A program made the translations under genes and the position numbers. The notes under the pieces are model-generated. The model was not told where the DNA came from. It was given only the letters and a program-made list of their open reading frames with translations, and made no database searches. Positions 39,421-46,377 of a stretch of DNA of 46,377 nucleotides are shown here, piece after piece. Location: positions 1 through 46,377 of the forward strand of contig JAUCBJ010008654.1 of NCBI GenBank assembly GCA_032718475.1, written 5' to 3'. Source of the stretch: Nemertoderma westbladi (Eukaryota; Animalia; Xenacoelomorpha). How positions within the stretch are numbered: position 1 is the first letter of the stretch; every line of letters begins with the position of its first letter.

Positions 39421-40225
39421 TAATATTAAATAATAAAATTTACGGGAATAAATTTAAATTCATCTTTTAATGAATTTGATAAATTGTCATTTTTATACAA
39501 TTTATAACATTCCCAAAATTCCAAAAATTAATAGATCATGGGAGCGGAGATTCACCCTATTAAGTATATTAGTGTGCGAGAATCTCCAATATATAGTCAA
39601 TAGCCGATAAAATTAATAAAATCATGTATAAAGAGAAATATTGACAATTAAAGAATTACTATTAAATAGCATCCCAGATCTGTATGCATGGGAATTACCC
39701 TAATTCTACCGCTAGCTTTCCATAATGTCACCATGGCAACAACCATGCTAGAAGTAGAAGTGAGTTAAAAGAACAATAGAACGCTTGCCCCATTGAATAG
39801 CATAGGGAATAAATAGCGCACTGCTAGTATCCAAGGATACATAATAATAAAGTGACATTCTGGAAGGCACTTGACTAACGGACAAATGGCCCGAATGTGT
39901 ACAATTTGTGACAGTTGTGTGGAATTTGTGTGTTTATAGGTGAATGTTACTGCTAAAGTGTGTTTACAGTAGCGAGTCACAATTGTGAAAGTAGCCCTAA
40001 CTCTGCCGAAAGAACCTGAAGTACATCTAAGCCTTTGGGACGGACAGTGGAGTGACTTGTGCCGGTTATCGTTGTCGTTGTGTAGCTACATCGTTGGCGA
40101 AAGCACAGCGACGACGGTACATCGGCGCTGAGGATCTTACACTGTCCGGGGGCAGAGAGGGGTAGGCAGCGACGCCCGCTAGCCTAAAATATAAACTCAT
40201 TATAATATTGATAAACTCATATAGT

Positions 40226-40624
40226 ATGACTGAGTTGATAGAAAATGATCTTGGTATCAGGGAACGATATACTCTACCTTTACAAGCGTTTGTTGATAGC
40301 TTGATACGCGGCGACGCTAGTCCAACTACTACGGAGGACGATGGTCGTTATATCGAACCACCAATGTCCCAGGAACAACTTACGCGTGAATTGGACTATA
40401 GAAAATTCACCGCTCGCTATACGCATCGTAATGGTACGTATATGGACTTCTTAACTACTGGCCATCCTATCGATTTACACGATACGGACGATGTAGACAC
40501 CGAAAGGGAAATGGTTTTATTTAAATATCATACCCAGCGGAGTCGGAACGATAAACCGAGAATAGAACACGAGAATTCTATTCGAAACCGACTCGAAAGA
40601 TGGAATGTGAAAGAAGGTTTGTAA
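40226..40624 (+). CDS. Hypothetical 132-aa ORF in the retrotransposon 3' region
   Basis: ATG-initiated ORF with coding-like composition, just downstream of a structured segment. No recognisable domain. Confidence 0.4.
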   Translation: MTELIENDLGIRERYTLPLQAFVDSLIRGDASPTTTEDDGRYIEPPMSQEQLTRELDYRKFTARYTHRNGTYMDFLTTGHPIDLHDTDDVDTEREMVLFKYHTQRSRNDKPRIEHENSIRNRLERWNVKEGL

Positions 40625-41357
40625 AGACAAGTAGAGGAGAACTACTGGAGAAAAGACATATGCTGATGTCCAGGGTCCATAATGTGAATAATTTTCCCCG
40701 GGGCACGGGTGCTCGCGGGCGGTCTCCTTCGGGAGGCTGTAATTTTCTCTTATTTCATCATCTTCCTGTAATTATTGTGATCAGTGTCGCAATTGAAGAG
40801 CAAGAATAAATGGTGACATAACAGAGAACAAGTCCATCGTGGTATCTTACAGATACTACCATATATCCTCCCTCCTCTTTACTACCCTTATCCCTCTATA
40901 CATCGCTATTAAAAATACAACATACTTCGTCCCACCTTCTCTTCCCAACGCGCTTGGAGCTTTGGGAGACGATCGACCAATCATTGCCGTATCGTGGTAT
41001 TGATCATACCGCCTCTTACTAAACCTCCCATCCCTTACTATTAATCTGGATGCTCATATTGGTGTCCGCACCTCCTGTCCATGTCACATTCTGTTGATAT
41101 TTATGATATCAACTTCCACCCTCTCGTTGTTGATTAGAAAATCAACCATCAATAATTTCCTTAAGTCCACAACCGTGATACAAGGACTGAAAGGACACAC
41201 GGATAGTTTGTGAACAACTGGTACCATTATGTGTCATAAATCTGGTTGTTCACCTCCCTTAATGATTGGGGATATAAATCTTATGTAGAACAACTGAGGC
41301 AAACATATCCTTGAGCTGGTTGTTCCCTGGGCAGAAGGCCGAGGTTTCTTCCGCACT

Positions 41358-43055
41358 ATGTACGCAAATACACCCAGCGGCATTACTAAAGTACAACGAA
41401 CCTCCATCGGACATCTTGCCTTTCAAGAATACGGATGGAATTTCAAGGTTGGAAATCCTATCAATTACCAACAAGTATATGGAGATCATTATTCTCGACT
41501 ATACTTTGACGGACCATTGACCACACCTGGCGCCGTGTATAGCTTTATGAGTGTACCACTTCGTCCCTCCTTAGCTATATACACGATCTTTGAAAACGCC
41601 GCACTTGCCGGTTGGCTAGCCGATGTGTGCAGTCGTACCATACGTGCCCATCCCTTAATACTTGGAACCAAACTCGCCAAGCTAGATGAACACAATAAAT
41701 TCATCCGCTTCGAATGTTTCCGGCGCTTTCTAACTCCGTTCTGTAACGTTGATAGTCAGTTCAAGGACCGCGCTCTGCCCAAACTCAGCCTAAGAGACTC
41801 AGCTGCAGAGAAGTTAAACAGCGCGGGATTCGCCCTTTTCCAGGATGTTCGTATACAGAACTTACATTCATCTGTTATACAAAGACCCCGAATACCCACG
41901 GGTTATTCTGTCGTGGAAGTTCAGACAGTGGGTCCGCTTGCGGAGACAGCCGCACCTACCTCAGCTACGCAATTGGAAGACAAACCAATATGCTTAGAAT
42001 CTGAGGAGATTCAGCCTACAGCGCCCCGGAGCAGCGATAACGACTACGCCTTGGAGTGGTATCAAGGTCCACAATGTCTCACCACATACGATTATCGACA
42101 CGCCAACTATGTTTCTCGAAAACGTTGCCGATTATGCGCATCGAGAGATCATTTCACCCCTATGGACTCAGACGTACCCTGCTCCTATTTCCACGAACAA
42201 CCGATGATGGAGATCTATTGTACGTATTGCAGGCTTAATAACTCGCACATTTTTGCAGTCTGCCCCCAATTTATGACTCAATGCCATCACTGTCAACTTA
42301 AAGGACATGCCAGTTTTAATTGCCCTTTTAACCGCGATTTAGAAAGCATAGATGAGATGATTACCCTGCGCTACATCCGAGCTTGGGAAGCGAACGCGGA
42401 TTTACATTGTGAGTCCCGCCATCACTATTACCCTGGACGCGCTTACGAGGGAGTTTACGCGTTCCATCCTTATCTATTCGCATCTGTTGAACAAAAAACA
42501 CGCACACCGAGTTACGAACTAATGAAGCGTGTTGGTGAGTGTATTTCCACCAAATTTGTTCGAAAATATCTCAGGAACGTCAATCCTAACGATATTACTT
42601 CATACCATTTGATCAATTTCATCCGTCAAGACCCTGAGTATGGCGATTTATTTATCAACTCGCACCCTGAGTTACAGGAAGTATCTCGACAGCCCTACGA
42701 ATATCGAGCCCGAGAACGCGAGCTGGAAAGAACCATTAAACCGAGGAAGTTTCTCACCACTCACGGTCCACCTACCGCTATTGTCCAGACGACCCGTCAA
42801 GGACCAGTAGGAGCTGCTGTCCTAAGACGCGCCCTAAAGGCAGTTAGACCTCGCTCCACTGAAGTTGATATCGATCAACCAGGTACCTCGACCGGCGGAT
42901 ATACCGATCGTAATCCTAAACCTTCTGATGCAATTGTATTGCACCCTTCACCCAGGAGTTATAGCCCTCCTAGTAAAGTGGCTCGCCCCAAAGAGAAAAG
43001 GACTCTTGCTAGCCTCAAAAAACTGCGTAAACGCCGTCCGCGTAAGAAAGACTAA
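41358..43055 (+). CDS. Extra 3' ORF (565 aa) with three CCHC zinc-knuckle-like motifs and a basic C-terminal NLS-like tail
   Basis: CRLCASRDH..C, CTYCRLNNSHIFAVC and CHHCQLKGHASFNC; ends KKLRKRRPRKKD ~70 bp before the PPT. No signal peptide or TM segment seen, so not env-like. Confidence 0.8.
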   Translation: MYANTPSGITKVQRTSIGHLAFQEYGWNFKVGNPINYQQVYGDHYSRLYFDGPLTTPGAVYSFMSVPLRPSLAIYTIFENAALAGWLADVCSRTIRAHPLILGTKLAKLDEHNKFIRFECFRRFLTPFCNVDSQFKDRALPKLSLRDSAAEKLNSAGFALFQDVRIQNLHSSVIQRPRIPTGYSVVEVQTVGPLAETAAPTSATQLEDKPICLESEEIQPTAPRSSDNDYALEWYQGPQCLTTYDYRHANYVSRKRCRLCASRDHFTPMDSDVPCSYFHEQPMMEIYCTYCRLNNSHIFAVCPQFMTQCHHCQLKGHASFNCPFNRDLESIDEMITLRYIRAWEANADLHCESRHHYYPGRAYEGVYAFHPYLFASVEQKTRTPSYELMKRVGECISTKFVRKYLRNVNPNDITSYHLINFIRQDPEYGDLFINSHPELQEVSRQPYEYRARERELERTIKPRKFLTTHGPPTAIVQTTRQGPVGAAVLRRALKAVRPRSTEVDIDQPGTSTGGYTDRNPKPSDAIVLHPSPRSYSPPSKVARPKEKRTLASLKKLRKRRPRKKD

Positions 43056-43122
43056 CTGTTTAGAGTATTTTTATATTTTAGAAACTGTGATTTTTTATAT
43101 TTTATAGACTTAAATCCCATTT

Positions 43123-43133
43123 TCTGGGAGCGG
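43123..43133 (+). promoter_or_regulatory. Polypurine tract before the 3' LTR
   Basis: TCTGGGAGCGG immediately precedes TGTAAAAGC. Confidence 0.75.
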
Positions 43134-44310
43134 TGTAAAAGCTTTTGCGGAATTAGCCGGTTATTTTCCCCGCAAAGTACTCTGTAGGTGTTTTAACGGA
43201 CATCAAAGCCGTTTCCTTACTGTACTGGTGTTTTAGTGGACATAAAAAGCCATTTCTTCTGTATGTGTACTTTAGCGGACATAACTAGCAATTCTATGTC
43301 GCAATACGCTAAAATCCTCTTGAAACAGTGTAGTTACTATGACGACAGCTAACAGCTGATCTGTACACGTGTAGCTTTTCCCTTGTTCTCTGTCGTTTCT
43401 TTGTTCGGTCAACCAATCAGAGCGATTCTCCTGTTATTTGTACAGAAACCTCCGGGAAATCGCGCAATGCATTATGGGTCAATGTTTACCTTTTTCCTGA
43501 TGCCAGAAGACCGGCTTTGGAATCTCTGTGTTTTTAGGCTTTAGCCCAACATTAGTAGGCTTAATCATAGAAACGTATATCTGTTATCAAACCAAAACAT
43601 AACTCACCTAATCATATTGTCAACTACAAACACCGCATTTTTACTGCTATTTACTGTTGGTTATTCATTATATCAGTTGATGGAATATTGTTATGTTTGG
43701 ATAATATCGATCAATAATCAGAAACCCCAATCTTCTTGATATACTGAAGGTAAGAGAGACCGGTTACATATAACGATTGCGACTTATATTAAAGTGGTTT
43801 TGGAGTGAATCTAATGCTATTTCATAGGCCCTACATGTATTGGTTGTTGTTCTCTTTATATGTGACTAAAATTAGTGAAGGTCGGCAGATCGGTGTGCAG
43901 CATTGTGCGGTAGTGTATATGATTGTGACTGATAACAAAGCATCTCCTAAAGAATGCGCTATATACGTGAATCCATAGCCATCCCGTTGTGTCTAGTGTA
44001 AGTCATAACTCTGTTTACATATTTAGAACGCCACGTCCTAAAGGAACTGTTAATATTTCCCGAAAGTGAATAATATTTGTCAGAGATTATATATTACAAT
44101 CAGTCGAATAATACAGTAGGCCTACACCGCAAAAAGGTTAGGCTTCCGAATCCAGTCTCCCGGGTATATCCAGCGGGTGAATGGTCGCGCATAGACTGGC
44201 TTCGGCTAATGTAGTGTATCAAATACTCGTCATAGGCTAAAGTCGATTTATAATCTAGAAGACACCCAAATTTGGCAGGTTAAACTGCTAAAGGTCTGAA
44301 AGCGCGAACA
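43134..44310 (+). repeat. 3' LTR of copy B (1177 bp)
   Basis: TGTAAAAGC...GCGCGAACA. Both ends are confirmed by copy A, and the 3' end also by copy C. Confidence 0.95.
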
Positions 44311-44534
44311 CTAAGTGTTCCAACTGACCTGAAAGCTTGCAACTTTTTTAACTTATCTTCATTAGACGACGTACGACTGCATTGAACTTCGTTATTTAAT
44401 TAATTATATTTATCCCCGCATTACTATGTTTATTTTCAATATATTCAACGACATTTGTTATGAATAAACTAGGGCAAATTGTTACGATATATGGTGTTGT
44501 GTCCGAAAAAGCCCATTATACAGTATATAATATA

Positions 44535-44869
44535 TTAGATAAGTGTATGTTAATACGCAACTGTAGTATAATTAGAATAAAATCGACAGGTTCGTTTTAT
44601 ATTCATTTAATTTTATACAGTATGTAACTTTAATTACGTATATTTTATAATAAAACCGCAGTGTATTCATGCATGGTGGCAAAAATGAATAATTGTGCTA
44701 TTTTTGCATATGTTTCTATAATCAATATTTGTGCTAAATTTACATTTAAATTGCGCTTTAGGGCAATTATGCGTTTCTGCTCGCTGGTTGGTCAAGAGTC
44801 CAGCTGGGAGAACCCTGGATATGACCGATCATGTGAGAAGAATAGACATTGTGTCATTCTTGTTTAGTT
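44535..44869 (+). repeat. Diverged fragment homologous to ~19503-19932 (putative LTR family)
   Basis: Shared AGGTTCGTTTTATATTCATTTAATTTTATACAGTATGTAAC.. and GGTTGGTCAAGAGTCCAGCTGGGAGAACCCTG..CTTGTTTAGTT. Confidence 0.85.
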
Positions 44870-45952
44870 AATCAAGGGAAGTGCGTTTACGGATCATCTC
44901 CCATCGAAGATCACAACAATTTGTTCGGTGCAGTAGATGTTGTCCCTGTATTAGATGACGAAGATATTTCTTATGAACAATCTGGAGATTCTTTTATTGT
45001 TGAAAAATGGGAAAACGACGGCCCAGACTGTTCGTATGGTAGGCCCATTGGAACTGAAGGTACAGAACCAACAATCAGTTGTGCAACAACAGATTCCGGT
45101 AGTTCTAATGAAACTGTTGGGGAGTTGGTATCTTCTTCAGATACCAGTTCCTGTTTACATTGCAAGGAATTATTTAATAACAAAGGAAATTTAGATAGAC
45201 ATATAGAATCCGTTAATAAAGACGTAGAGAATAAGTATAAATGCGATTATTGTGAGAAATTGTTTACACGCAAAAATAGTGTAAAGAAGCATGTTGACGC
45301 TACCCATAAAGGTATCAAACATAAGTGCGTTTATTGTAATAAAGAATTCAGCCAGCAAAGGAGTCTAAACACCCATGTGAACTACTTTCATAAAGATATC
45401 AAGTACAACTGTTTCGATTGTGGAAAATCATTTGCTACAAAAGCCGTACTAAAACAACATATCGACTCTATACATCAAGATATTAAATATAAGTGCGTTT
45501 ATTGTAATAAAGAATTCAGCCAGCAAAGGAGTATAAACACCCATTTGAACTACTTTCATAAAGATATCAAGTACAACTGTTTCGATTGTGGAAATTTATT
45601 TGCTAGAAAAACCGAACTAAAAAAACATATCGACTCTATACATCAAGATATTAAATATAAGTGCGTTTATTGTAATAAAGAATTCCGTTACAAACACGAC
45701 CTAAAACGGCATTTCGACTCTATACATAAAGATATCAAACATAACTGCGGTTATTGTCATAAAGAATTCAGTTATCAAGGCAGTCTAAACATCCACATTA
45801 ACTTTGCCCACAAAGGTATCATCAAGTATAGCTGCTCCGATTGTGGAAAATCATTTGCTACAAAAGCCGAACTAAAACAACATGTCGACTCAATAAATAA
45901 TGATATCAAACATAACTGTGGTTATTGTAATAAAGAATTCAGACAGCAAAGG

Positions 45953-45989
<37 letters not shown>
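44868..45989 (+). pseudogene. Truncated paralog of the C2H2 zinc-finger gene ending in A31
   Basis: Homologous to 24640-~25729. It lacks the first ~42 codons, fingers 1 and 9 have lost the last His (H>N), and it stops in finger 10 at polyA 45959-45989. Confidence 0.88.
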
Positions 45990-45992
<3 letters not shown>

Positions 45993-46276
45993 CGCGATTC
46001 CTAAATTTGTACACTACCCGGTTAAAAGAAAGTACGCATGTGATGGGATTAGTCCTACAATTGCGCCAATAAAAGATAAGTTATTTTCGGTAAAATAAAC
46101 TTATCATTCGAGGTTAAGACCCCTAGAACCCTTCCTATAATAAATGTATAATAACAAACACCTCGAAAAATACAGCTTGCCAAAACATTGTTACTATCAA
46201 TAATACAAAATCAGGGGCTAATAAAATGGCAGTCCTACAATTGCGCCAATAAAAGATAAGTTATTTTCGGTAAAAT

Positions 46277-46377
46277 TGTACGCGCTTTTATAGACCTTCA
46301 GCAGTTTAACCTGCCGAAATTTATATGTCTTTATTGATAATCTGCCTTTTGTAAGATGATAAGATTTAATACAAAAC
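46277..46377 (-). mobile_element. 3' tip of a third, more diverged LTR of the same BEL/Pao family (copy C)
   Basis: TGTACGCGCTTTTATAGACCTTCAGCAGTTTAACCTGCC resembles the reverse complement of the LTR end GGCAGGTTAAACTGCTAAAGGTCTGAAAGCGCGAACA. Confidence 0.8.

Larger units (their letters stand above)
27225..44310 (+). mobile_element. BEL/Pao LTR retrotransposon copy B, ~17 kb, degenerate gag-pol, extra 3' ORFs
   Basis: Two LTRs, ~98% identical by eye. Domain order Gag(DUF1759-like)-3xCCHC-PR-RT-RH-IN. Confidence 0.96.

Noticed and set aside
40098-40134. Hammerhead ribozyme (CTGAGGA plus CGAAA)
   Set aside because: Could not build stems II and III or an NUH site in a valid order.
41358-43055. 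env gene
   Set aside because: No signal peptide or transmembrane anchor; it has zinc knuckles and a basic tail instead.
44849-46072. 407-aa ORF as an intact gene
   Set aside because: The start lies in a repeat fragment, the poly-Lys comes from polyA and two fingers are broken; treated as a pseudogene.

Overview
AT-rich, repeat-dense metazoan (invertebrate-like) genomic DNA. It contains three members of one BEL/Pao LTR retrotransposon family: copy A on the minus strand (1-4483, 5' part, abutting a 4-kb 21-bp satellite), a near-complete but degenerate 17-kb copy B on the plus strand (27225-44310), and the tip of a third LTR (46277-end). Between them lie nested MITEs, LINE fragments, a putative unrelated LTR and an intact 19-finger C2H2 zinc-finger ORF. 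A truncated, polyA-ended second copy of that ORF sits at 44.87-45.99 kb. Main finding: this BEL/Pao family has no tRNA primer-binding site. Instead, the 11-12 nt immediately 3' of the 5' LTR are perfectly complementary to a site inside the LTR, and copies A and B show three compensatory substitutions in this pairing. That is the signature of Tf1-like self-primed reverse transcription, which I know only from the Ty3/gypsy Tf1/sushi group. Copy B also carries a 4.5-kb post-integrase cargo region with a second PPT-like motif, a structured RNA and an intact triple zinc-knuckle ORF.
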